From Mycobacteriales bacterium (GTDB lineage: Bacteria; Actinomycetota; Actinomycetes; Mycobacteriales; CADCTP01), in contig JBBWZH010000045.1 of the NCBI GenBank assembly GCA_039648995.1, positions 2,821 through 66,820 of the forward strand: 64,000 nt of DNA, given 5' to 3'. Positions 35,729 to 44,400 of the stretch are shown piece after piece. Both the position numbers and the translations under genes were made by a program. Under the pieces are notes generated by a model that was not told where the DNA came from, did not search any database, and saw only the letters and a program-made list of their open reading frames with translations. Every line of letters begins with the position of its first letter. Within the stretch, counting starts at the first letter, position 1.

Positions 35729-36370
35729 TCAGCCGCCGGCGGTGAGCAGCACGGCGACCGCGGTGCCGACCACCACCACGCCGAGGAGCAGCAGGACGGC
35801 GGCGACCGCGCCCCAGCCGATGGTGCCGGCCAGCCAGGCCCGCCACGCCGGCGCGTCCGGTGGCAGCCGGCGCAGCGCGTCGGCGGGAGCCGGGCCGAGC
35901 GGGAACTTCGCGTGCATCGCGGTCGCCCAGGCCCCAGGCTGCCGCCCCGCCGGCCCCACCGCGGCGGCCGGGTCGGGCGCGGCGCCGGCCAGCGCCGCGA
36001 TCAGCTGCTGGCGCCGGGCCAGCAGCGCCCACCGCTCGGCCGCGACCGCGCGGACCGGGCTGAACGCCCGCCGCTGGAGCCGTACGGTCGCCACCGTGAG
36101 GCCGGCCGCCGCGGCGCCGAGCAGCGCCGCCGCGAACAGTCCGGTGCCGAGGTCGCCGTCCTCCGCCGCGCCGATCACGCTGACCACCGCGACCAGGGCG
36201 AGCAGGAGCGCGACCGCGCCGGTCACGCACGCCAGCGCGAGCGGGCCGTAGCGGACCGCCGCGGCCGACTCGGCCCGGATCCCGGCGAGCCGCGCGTCCA
36301 CGCCGGCCAGCTCCTGCCGCAGCGCGGCCGCGCCGGCCGGGCCGGGCCGCCCGGGCTCATCGCCGGTCAT
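35729..36370 (-). CDS. Multi-pass membrane protein; candidate immunity protein
   Basis: ORF 35729..36388, with the likely start at the ATG at 36370 overlapping the upstream stop. Hydrophobic segments include LALACVTGAVALLLALVAVVSVIGA, LFAAALLGAAAAGLTVA and WGAVAAVLLLLGVVVVGTAVAVLL. Confidence 0.55.
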   Translation of the reverse strand: MTGDEPGRPGPAGAAALRQELAGVDARLAGIRAESAAAVRYGPLALACVTGAVALLLALVAVVSVIGAAEDGDLGTGLFAAALLGAAAAGLTVATVRLQRRAFSPVRAVAAERWALLARRQQLIAALAGAAPDPAAAVGPAGRQPGAWATAMHAKFPLGPAPADALRRLPPDAPAWRAWLAGTIGWGAVAAVLLLLGVVVVGTAVAVLLTAGG

Positions 36371-37175
36371 GGCCGAGCGCGGCGGCACCGATCAACCCGT
36401 GCGGGCGCCACCCGATCTCGCCGCCACCGTCCGGCGAGGAGAACCGCAGCGACATCGCCATCGCCGCCCCGTCCAGGCACCGCGGGCCGAACTCCGCCAG
36501 CACCGGCGTGGTCAGCGTCAACACGAACAGGCACTGGAACTCCTTGACCGGGACGTGCACCTGCAACACGCCGACATCGACGCCGGCCGCCTCGCCGCTC
36601 GGGCTCTCGGCGGCCTCGACCCGAACCGTCCGCAGTTCGGTGAGCGCTACCGCGGGCCCGCACGGCAGTGCGACGCCCACAACGTAGCGCCCGTCCCGGA
36701 ACACGCCCGGGCCGTCGTCCCCGGCCACCCCGCCGGCCAACGGCGGGAGGCCGTCGGCTCGCGGGAGGCCGTCCGGAGGTGGTTCGGCGGCGAGATCCGC
36801 CGCCGGGAGATCCGGCGTCGTGAACGAGTCGAAGATGCCCATCGCGGCGACCTCGACCGACTCGTAGTCCAGCGGGGTCAGCGCGCAGGACACGTACGCC
36901 GCGGTGAACTCGTCGCCGGCCCGGGAGTAGCGCAACGCCGCTGCCGCCACCCCGTTCCCGCCCTGCAGGTCGGCCACCGCGCTGAAGTGCGCCGTCGCGG
37001 CGGCCAGCTGGGCGTCATCGGCGGCCGGGAACATCATCCGGACCATGCGCTCGGTGCGGGCCAGCCGTACCAGCGGGTCGGCGTCCAGCGGGACCGGCCG
37101 GTAGCCGGCCGGCAGGTCGAGCCGCACCCGGGGGAACCCGACCGGGGCTCCGCTCGGCGGTGCTACCGCAGCCAC
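36357..37175 (-). CDS. Hypothetical protein (272 aa), cassette member
   Basis: ORF 36357..37295 trimmed to the GTG at 37175, a 13-nt overlap with the upstream TAG at 37163-37165. Good GC3. No motif recognised. Confidence 0.5.
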   Translation of the reverse strand: MAAVAPPSGAPVGFPRVRLDLPAGYRPVPLDADPLVRLARTERMVRMMFPAADDAQLAAATAHFSAVADLQGGNGVAAAALRYSRAGDEFTAAYVSCALTPLDYESVEVAAMGIFDSFTTPDLPAADLAAEPPPDGLPRADGLPPLAGGVAGDDGPGVFRDGRYVVGVALPCGPAVALTELRTVRVEAAESPSGEAAGVDVGVLQVHVPVKEFQCLFVLTLTTPVLAEFGPRCLDGAAMAMSLRFSSPDGGGEIGWRPHGLIGAAALGHDRR

Positions 37176-38416
37176 GCCGCCCGCCGGTCGGCCGCGTCCT
37201 GGTCCATCCCGTCGGTGACGTAGTTGTAGAAGCCGACGCCGGCCGGGCCGACGACGGCCTCGGCTCCCGCCTCGGCGCCCGAGCGCGGGACCCACTTGGC
37301 GAACGGGATGTCCGACGTGGTCAGGTCGCCGTCGACGGCCGCGCTGTTGACGGAGCCGCCGCCCGTGCCGGCCAGGCCCACGAGGGTCGACCCGCCGTCG
37401 TAGAAGCTGTAGTGGTAGCGCGCCGCCTCGCCGGCGGCCACCTGGCCGCCCTTGCCGAGCGCCTCGCCCTCGGCGATCGCCGCCTCGGCGCCCCGGGTGC
37501 CGAGCTTGCCGATCACGCCGGCACCGCCGGAGGCAGCCGCCACCCCGTCGAAGATCAGGGTTCCGGCGTTGATGCCCTTGGCGCCCGCCGCCCAGGCCAG
37601 CCCGTGCGCGCCCAGCGCGGCCAGGCCGAGGCCGCCGGAGATGGCCAGGCCGATCACGTCGGCCGGCGGCGGCAGGAACAGCGAGACGATGCCGACGATC
37701 GCGCTGAGGTCCGACATGAAGTCGCCGATGGCCTTGATCAGGTACTTGTGGTCCTTGACCCAGCCCCAGACCTTGCCCGGCAGGTCTTCCAGGAACTTGA
37801 CGCCGTCCTCGAACATCTTGCCGAGCCGCTCGAAGAAGCCCGGCTTGGGTGGCGCCGCCTTCGCCGCGTTCCGGATCGCCTGGGCGGCGGCCTGCAGTTC
37901 CTGACCGTGCTGGCCGGCCAGCTGCTGGGCCTGCCGGATGATCGCCCGCAGCGCCGTGTCGGCGTCGGTGACCGCGCGGCCGGCGGTCGCCGCGTCCTGC
38001 TTGAGCTGCGCGTCCTGCTCCGGCGTGCCGCCGGTGCGGCCGCGGTAGCCGTCCAGGTGGCCCTGCGCCTGGCCGAGCTTGGCCCGCGCCTCGGCGGCCT
38101 GCCGCTCGTACTCCCGCGCCCGGGACTTGAAGTCACGCAGCTGGGTGGCCCAGTTGGACAGCGCGCGGGCGGTGCTGGCGTTGGACTGCTCGGCCTTGTC
38201 CAGGTACGGCGGGAGCTCGCCGAGGGTCTGCGCGAAATTCCGGGCCGCCTCGCCCTGCCAGAAGCCGTTGTCCTGACCGATCTGGCCGAGCAGCGCCCGG
38301 ACGTCGCTGACCTGCCGGGCGACGGTATCCACCGTGGAGGCCAGCGCGCTGACCTGGTCGTCCAGCCCGGGTGCGGGATCGAAGCCGAGCGCCGGGAACG
38401 CGGGCGGCGGGCTCAT
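37163..38416 (-). CDS. Putative T7SS-secreted effector: WXG-containing helical N-domain plus glycine-zipper membrane region
   Basis: ORF 37163..38569 trimmed to the ATG at 38416 (ATGA overlap with the upstream stop). It starts MSPPPAFPALGFDPAPG and has a WxG in FWQGEAARNF. About 230 aa of Ala/Gln-rich helices follow, then GLAISGGLGLAALGAHGLAWAAGAKG. Confidence 0.65.
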   Translation of the reverse strand: MSPPPAFPALGFDPAPGLDDQVSALASTVDTVARQVSDVRALLGQIGQDNGFWQGEAARNFAQTLGELPPYLDKAEQSNASTARALSNWATQLRDFKSRAREYERQAAEARAKLGQAQGHLDGYRGRTGGTPEQDAQLKQDAATAGRAVTDADTALRAIIRQAQQLAGQHGQELQAAAQAIRNAAKAAPPKPGFFERLGKMFEDGVKFLEDLPGKVWGWVKDHKYLIKAIGDFMSDLSAIVGIVSLFLPPPADVIGLAISGGLGLAALGAHGLAWAAGAKGINAGTLIFDGVAAASGGAGVIGKLGTRGAEAAIAEGEALGKGGQVAAGEAARYHYSFYDGGSTLVGLAGTGGGSVNSAAVDGDLTTSDIPFAKWVPRSGAEAGAEAVVGPAGVGFYNYVTDGMDQDAADRRAAWLR

Positions 38417-38712
38417 TTCGGCTTCCCGTCCGGCGTCATGCTGGATTTGATGGCGTCCTCGGTCTCGGTGTAGACCTTGATGGCCCCATCCATGCGGTCG
38501 GCGATTCCCTTGGCGAACTTGGCGACCTGGCCGATCCCGTAATGCCAGTCGCCGGCGAAATCGCCGCACGCGTCGTCCAATTCACGGCCGCCGAGCTGCT
38601 CCGGGCTTACCGACTTCAGTGTGCCGGCGGCATTGTCGAGCCGGCCCTCGGTATCTCGCAGGCCGCTCTGCAGGCCTTTCAGCTGGTCGATCTCGACCTT
38701 GAACCCAGCCAC
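38413..38712 (-). CDS. Small (~99 aa) helical WXG100-sized protein with a C-terminal YxxxE motif
   Basis: ORF 38413..38754. The likely start is the GTG at 38712 behind GGCGGGGG. The central Trp lies in GDWHYGIG. The C-terminal VYTETEDAIK contains YxxxE, resembling the EsxB-type export signal. Confidence 0.55.
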   Translation of the reverse strand: MAGFKVEIDQLKGLQSGLRDTEGRLDNAAGTLKSVSPEQLGGRELDDACGDFAGDWHYGIGQVAKFAKGIADRMDGAIKVYTETEDAIKSSMTPDGKPK

Positions 38713-38909
38713 GCGGACCCCCGCCGTCTCGTAGTCGGCACAGTTTAGCCACAACCCGGGCAGGACGGGTCATAACGTCCAGCAACGCGCACATTGCATA
38801 ACCGACAGTTACAGCGAGCGGGGATCGCGGGGCTGACTCAGCCGGCCCCGAGCACCATCCGGAAACAACCGCCTACGGACAGGAACGTCGGCGCCAATCA
38901 GCCGGCGCG

Positions 38910-39146
38910 CTACCGCCGTTGGGTGCGGCGGGCGTGGTCGGCGACGACGCTGGCGTAGCTGCCGTCCCATTCGCGCGGGCCGCTGCCGTAGAGGCTGGCG
39001 GCCCACGACTGGAGGCTCGTACCGGCGACGCCGGCCCGCCACACGAACAACACCCTGACCGTTCCGAAGAGCAGGAATGCGAGGCCGGCCGGAACGCTCA
39101 CGACCCCTGTCAATACGGTCGTGATTGCCAGCACCACGGTGGCCAT
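38910..39146 (-). CDS. Small two-TM membrane protein (78 aa), hypothetical
   Basis: MATVVLAITTVLTGVVSVPAGLAFLLFGTVRVLFVW. Only hydrophobicity and ORF integrity support it. Confidence 0.35.
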   Translation of the reverse strand: MATVVLAITTVLTGVVSVPAGLAFLLFGTVRVLFVWRAGVAGTSLQSWAASLYGSGPREWDGSYASVVADHARRTQRR

Positions 39147-39361
39147 GACAGCACCTCTGAGCGTGCCCCGAGTTTACGCCGGCACTCCCGGGCGCGCCGT
39201 GACGGCCGCCGGGCGGTGCCTGACCAGGGTCGATGAGGCAGCCGAAAGTGCACGTCGTTTCGACGGCCACCGAAGCGAGTTGTCGGAGTTGCCGCGACTG
39301 CGGTAAATCTGTGTTGTCTGCGTCCCCCGGGCATTGAGATGGAATCGGTAGGTGGGAGCAC

Positions 39362-40117
39362 GTGTCTCAGTGGAAGCCCGTGGCGGCCGAGCTCGATCCG
39401 GCGGTACGGCGGATGGTGGTCTCGCTGCGTACGGTCAAGGACGAGGCCGGGCTCAGCACGACCGCGCTGGCGGGCAAGACGCCGTACAGCCGGTCGGCGT
39501 GGGACCGGTACCTCAACGGCCGGGCGTTCCCGCCGCGCGAGGCGGTGGCGGCGCTGGTCCGGGTCGCGGGCGCCGACGAGGCGCGGCTGCTCGCGGAGTG
39601 GGAGCTGGCCGACTCGGCCCGCGCGGCCGCGGTGCCCGCCGGGGCCGCGGCGCCACTGGACGGCCCGGATGTGCCGGGCGGCGCGACCGGCGGCTCGGCA
39701 GCGGGTGCCGGCGGGCGGCGGCGCTGGGGCGTCGTGGCCGCGGGCGTGGTCGTGATCGCCGCGGCGGTCGTGGTCGGCGCGCTGTGGCTGTCCGGCGGCG
39801 GCCAGCCGGCCCCCCGTGCGGCATCCGCCGCGACCCGGGCCGGGGCACCGGATCTGACCTGCCACCTCGGTCGTACCGGCGGGCGCCTGTACGCCGGGCA
39901 CAGCACCACGTCCGACCGGCTGGTCGCGATGAACGGGGCCGGGCAGGACGTGGTCGAGGTGCAGTGCCTGCTCAAGCAGCGCGGGTTCGATCCGGGCCGG
40001 GTGGACGGGCTGTTCGGCGAGCACACCGCGACCGCGGTCAAGCAGTTCCAGCACGCCGCGGGCACGCCGGCGGATGGCATCGTCGGCCCGCAGACCTGGG
40101 CGCTGCTGCGCGGATGA
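39362..40117 (+). CDS. Membrane-tethered HTH protein with C-terminal peptidoglycan-binding domain
   Basis: 251 aa. N-terminal XRE-like HTH (GLSTTALAGKTPYSRSAWDRYLNG). TM segment WGVVAAGVVVIAAAVVVGALW. The PG_binding_1-like C-terminus includes VDGLFGEHTATAVKQFQ and DGIVGPQTWALL. Confidence 0.75.
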   Translation: MSQWKPVAAELDPAVRRMVVSLRTVKDEAGLSTTALAGKTPYSRSAWDRYLNGRAFPPREAVAALVRVAGADEARLLAEWELADSARAAAVPAGAAAPLDGPDVPGGATGGSAAGAGGRRRWGVVAAGVVVIAAAVVVGALWLSGGGQPAPRAASAATRAGAPDLTCHLGRTGGRLYAGHSTTSDRLVAMNGAGQDVVEVQCLLKQRGFDPGRVDGLFGEHTATAVKQFQHAAGTPADGIVGPQTWALLRG

Positions 40118-41145
40118 CCGGCGACTGGCGGCCGCTGCCAGCGTCGCTGGATCCCGAGCTCGCCTACCTGGTGGGTGTGCTGCGGGAGTTGAAGGACCGG
40201 TCGGGTCGCAGCCTGGACGCGCTGGCCGCCGAGACGGCGGTCAGCAAGTCGTCCTGGCAGCGGTACCTGAACGGCACCAAGCTCCCCTCCCGGTACGCGG
40301 TCGACGCGCTCGGCCGGCTGGCCGGCGAGCCCACCGACCGCCTGCTCGCCCTCTGGCGGCAGGCGGAGGCGAGCTGGAGCCGCCGGGCCGCCGCAGACCC
40401 GCCCGCCGCCGAACGGCCCCCTGCCGGCCCCTCCCCTGCCGGCTCCTCCGCCATCGACCCGGCCGCCGCCGACCCGGCCGCCATCGACCCGGCCGCCGCC
40501 GACCCGGCCGCCGCCGACCCGGCCGGTGCCGACCCGGCCGGTGCGGTCCGGCGTCCGGCCGAGCCGGCGCCGGCCGGCGTACGGCGGGGCTGGCGCTGGG
40601 CCGTGGCGGTGGGCGCGGCGGCCGTCCTGGCCGGTGCCGCCGCCCTGGCCGGCGTGATCGCGCACGACCGCGAGCCCGGCGCGGCCGCGCCGGCGGTCCT
40701 GTCGCCGTCGCCGTGGCCGGTCCCGGTCGGCTGCCACGGCGGCACCTGCACCGGGCAGGATGCGCTGGACATGGCCTGTTCCGTCGACGCGGCCTCGTAC
40801 GCGCAGTTGCGGGTGGCCGGCGCGTGGCTGGAGCTGCGGATCAGCGACGAATGCCGCGCCGGCTGGGCCCGGGTCGCGCACGCGGCGGCCGGCGAGCAGG
40901 TGCAGGTGGCGAGCCAGGACGGCAGCACGCGGTCGGCGACGATCCAGGGCTCGGCGGGCACCGACCAGTTCCTGTCGACCCGGATGGTCGGGGCCGGCCA
41001 GCACGCGGAGCTGCGTGCCTGCCTCATCGCCCGCGACGGCGTCCACCGGTGGTGCACGCCGCCCGGTGCCGAGCGTCGGGTCAGCGTTCCCGCCCCGGCC
41101 GACCGGCCGGCCTCGCCGGCCCCGCTCCGCTCCGGGCAGCCCTGA
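40114..41145 (+). CDS. Membrane-tethered HTH protein with DUF2690-like C-terminal domain (paralogue of the upstream gene)
   Basis: ATG at 40114 forms an ATGA overlap. 343 aa. HTH is GRSLDALAAETAVSKSSWQRYLNG and TM is WAVAVGAAAVLAGAAALAGVI. The Cys-rich C-terminus (GQDALDMACSVDA...LELRISDECRAGWARV) recalls DUF2690. Confidence 0.7.
   Translation: MTGDWRPLPASLDPELAYLVGVLRELKDRSGRSLDALAAETAVSKSSWQRYLNGTKLPSRYAVDALGRLAGEPTDRLLALWRQAEASWSRRAAADPPAAERPPAGPSPAGSSAIDPAAADPAAIDPAAADPAAADPAGADPAGAVRRPAEPAPAGVRRGWRWAVAVGAAAVLAGAAALAGVIAHDREPGAAAPAVLSPSPWPVPVGCHGGTCTGQDALDMACSVDAASYAQLRVAGAWLELRISDECRAGWARVAHAAAGEQVQVASQDGSTRSATIQGSAGTDQFLSTRMVGAGQHAELRACLIARDGVHRWCTPPGAERRVSVPAPADRPASPAPLRSGQP
40456..40545 (+). 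repeat. Six tandem copies of a 15-bp unit (GACCCGGCCGCCGCC and variants), in frame
   Basis: Units start at 40456, 40471, 40486, 40501, 40516 and 40531. They encode DPAAA/DPAAI/DPAGA pentapeptides in the cytoplasmic linker. Confidence 0.85.
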
Positions 41146-41149
41146 GCCA

Positions 41150-41187
41150 CCGCCCAGCGCTCAGCCACCGGTAGCGCCGCTGGGCGG
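41150..41187 (+). terminator. Possible terminator hairpin after the DUF2690-like gene
   Basis: CCGCCCAGCG (41150-41159) / CGCTGGGCGG (41178-41187) with an 18-nt loop, 5 nt after the stop at 41145. Confidence 0.35.
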
Positions 41188-41426
41188 GGCGTCGGCGCCC
41201 TGTCGGCGGCCGTGCGGCGCCCCCGCCCGTGCCACGGCTGCGCCCTGGGCCGGGGCGTCCCCGCAGGTCGGCGAGGTGAGCGTCCCACGTTGGACCGGTC
41301 CCGGCAGTTCGTCTTCCACCCGCGCCGCGGCGCCGGCCAGCATGGGCCCGACACCGGCGCACACCCGCGACATGCGCCGGTCCGGAGCACCCGGAGCGAG
41401 CACTCGGAGAGAGGCGGAGCGGGCGG

Positions 41427-44400
41427 ATGCGGTTCGTGTTCGGCGACGCGGGCGCCGAGTTGGAATGCGAGCTCGCGGTCCGCCGCCCGGATGCCCGGGT
41501 CGGTGATCTTGCCGCCGCGCTCGGCGTGCCCGGTGGCGCGCTGCTGGTCGACGGGCGCTGGTTCCGGGGCGACGCCGGCGTGGACGGCTGCGGCCTCGTG
41601 CTCGGCGCGCGGGTCGTGCCCCCCGGGCCCGCGGCGCACCCGGCGGCGCCGGCCCCGGCCGCGGTCCTGCAGCTGGTCGGTGGTCTGGGCGCCGGCCGGT
41701 CGGTGCCGCTCCCGGTGGGTCGTACGGTCGTCGGCCGGGGTTCCGGCTCGACTGTGGTCCTGCCGGCGGTCGACGTGTCCCGCACCCACTGCGCGATCGA
41801 GGTCGGTCCGTCCGGCGAGGTGACCGTCACCGACCTGGCGTCGCGCAACGGGACGGACCTGAACGGACGCCGGCTGGACGCCCCGGTCAGGCTGCGCCCG
41901 GACGACCTGGTCTGCCTGGCCGGTGAGGTGTTGCTGCGGGTGGTGCCGCCGGGCCACGCCGGGCCGGTCCAGCACGTGAACCCGGTGCGGGAGGCACGCG
42001 CGGCGGGCACGATCCCGTTCAACCGGGTGCCGCGGGTGGCCGAGCCGGAGCCGCCGCGCCCGGTGCGGTTCCCGGAAGCGCCGAGCCAGGCCTTCAAGGC
42101 GCCGTTCAGCGTGGCGGCGATGCTCGGGCCGATCGCGATGGCCGGCGCGATCGTGGCGCTGACGAAGAACTGGCAGTTCGCGGCGATCGCGGGACTGTCG
42201 CCGCTGATGTTCCTGGGCAACTTCATCGAGGAGCGCACCCGTGGCCGGCGCGGCCTGCGGCGGGCCACCCGGGAGTACGCGGCGAAGCTGGCAGCGACCG
42301 GGGTGGAGCTCGCGGCGCGGCACGCCGGCGAGGTAGCGGCGCGGCGTACCGCGTCGCCGGACCTGGCCGAGCTGCGGTTCCGGGCGCAGGCGCCGGGTCA
42401 ACGGCTGTGGGAACGGCGCCGGCGGGCCGGCGACTTCCTGCGGGTCTCGGTGGGGTACGCGGACCTGCCGTGGCAGCCGCCGATCGCCTCCCGGTCCGAG
42501 GAGTTGCCGCCGGACGCGACCCGGCTGGTCGCGGCGCTCGGCCCGCTGCCGCAGGTGCCGGTGGAGATCGAGGTCGGCGCGGGCGGGGTGGTCGGCATCG
42601 GCGGTGACCGGCCGGCGGCGCTGGCCGCGGCGCGTGCGCTGCTGTGCCAGGCGGTGGTGACCAGCGGGCCGGCGGACGTGACCGTGGCGGTGTTCACCGA
42701 CCCGGACCGGTTGGCCGACTGGGATTGGACGAAGTGGCTGCCGCACGGCGCGGATCCGCAGTCGGGCTCGGCCCGGCTGGTCGCGGTCGGCGCCGCGCAG
42801 GCCGACGCGCTGGCCAAGTCACTGCTGGCCGCCGTCCCGGGCCCCGAGCCGGCCGGGACCACCGGCCGCCCGGTGACGCTGATCGTGGTGGACGGGGCGG
42901 CGCTGCTGGAGGGCCGGCCGTGCCCGCTGCGGGACCTGCTGGCCGGCGCCGGCCCGTGCGGCGGAATCGTGCTGACCGACCGGCTGCCCGCGCTGTGCAC
43001 GTCGATCCTGACCGTCCGGGGCGACGGGGCCGGCCGGCTGGAGCGGGTGACGACCGGCGCGCAGGTCGATCGGCTGCTGGTCACCGGCATCGGCGAGCCG
43101 GACGCGCGGTCGGTGGCCCGGGCGCTGGCCCGGTACGAGGACCCGGAGCTGCGCGCCGACGGCGCCGGCCTGCCGGACCGGGTGAACCTGCTGTCCCTGC
43201 TCGACCTCCCGGAGGTCTCCGGCGCCGCCGTCGCGAACCGGTGGCGCGCACAGGCGCCGGCCTACCGGGTGGGTACGGTGCTCGGCGTCGCCGAGCGGGA
43301 CCTGTTCGCGATCGATCTGGACGGCGACGGCCCGCACGGGCTGATCGCCGGGACGACCGGGTCGGGCAAGAGCGAGTTGCTGCGGACGCTGGTCGCGGGC
43401 ATGGCGGTGGGGGCCAGCCCGGAGCAGTTGACGTTCGTGCTGATCGACTACAAGGGTGGCGGTGCGCTGGATGAGTGCGCCCGGCTGCCGCACGTGGTCG
43501 GGCTGGTGACCGATCTGGACGAGCACCTGGGTGAGCGGGCGCTGCGGTGCCTGGAGGCCGAGGTGCGCCACCGGGAGCGGGCGCTGCGCGCGGTCGACCT
43601 GTCGCACGTGCGGGACTACCAGCGGCTGCGGGACACGGCCCGGCCGGAGCTGGAGCCGATGCCGCGGCTGCTGGTGCTCATAGACGAGTTCGCCACGCTG
43701 GTCACGGCCTTGCCGGACTTCGTGGACTCCCTGGTCAGCATCGCCCAGCGCGGCCGCAGCCTGGGCATGCACCTGATCATCGCCACCCAGCGGCCGGCCG
43801 GGTCGGTCAGCGACGCGATCAAGAACAACGTGAAACTGCGGATCGCGCTGCGGCTGGAAAGCACCGGCGACTCCCTCGACGTGATCGACAACCCGGCCGC
43901 GGCCGGGATCGGCAGCCGGCAGTGGGGCCGCGGCTACTACCGGGTCAGCGCCCGCGAGGTACTCGCCGTGCAGACCGCGCTCTCCACCGCCATCACCCCG
44001 GACGCGGCGGTCAGCACCCCGATCAGCGTGACACCGTTCGCGCTCGGCGCCGACCCGCACGGGCAGGAGCAGGCCGAGGGCGAGACCGACCTGGCCCGGC
44101 TGGTCGCCGCCGTGGCCGGCGCGCAGGCCGCCGCCGGGTTCGCGCCGCCGCGCCGGCCCTGGCCCGAGCCGCTGCCGCCGGTGCTGCCGCTGGCCGACCT
44201 CCCCCCGGCCGCGTCGCGCGGCCTGCAGACCGACACGACCGGCCTGCCCACGCTCGCCATCGCCGACGACCCGGACCGGCAGAGCCAGTACCCGGTCGGC
44301 TGGGCGCCCGAGGCCGGCAACCTGCTCGTGTACGGCGCGGTCGGCGCCGGCACGTCGACCACGCTGGCGGCCCTCGCCCTCGGCGTCGCCGGCGCGACCG

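Noticed and set aside
27069-38909. Wadjet plus effector cassette considered as a mobile genomic island
   Set aside because: I saw no integrase, transposase, tRNA, flanking direct repeats or obvious GC discontinuity. I therefore make no mobile-element call.
40456-40545. Tandem 15-bp repeats (also 11471-11512, 29165-29200, and the 23-bp direct repeat at 49024-49046 / 49078-49100) considered as CRISPR-like or regulatory arrays
   Set aside because: All are in frame inside CDSs and encode Pro/Ala/Asp-rich linkers. The units are too short, there are no unique spacers, and there are no cas genes.
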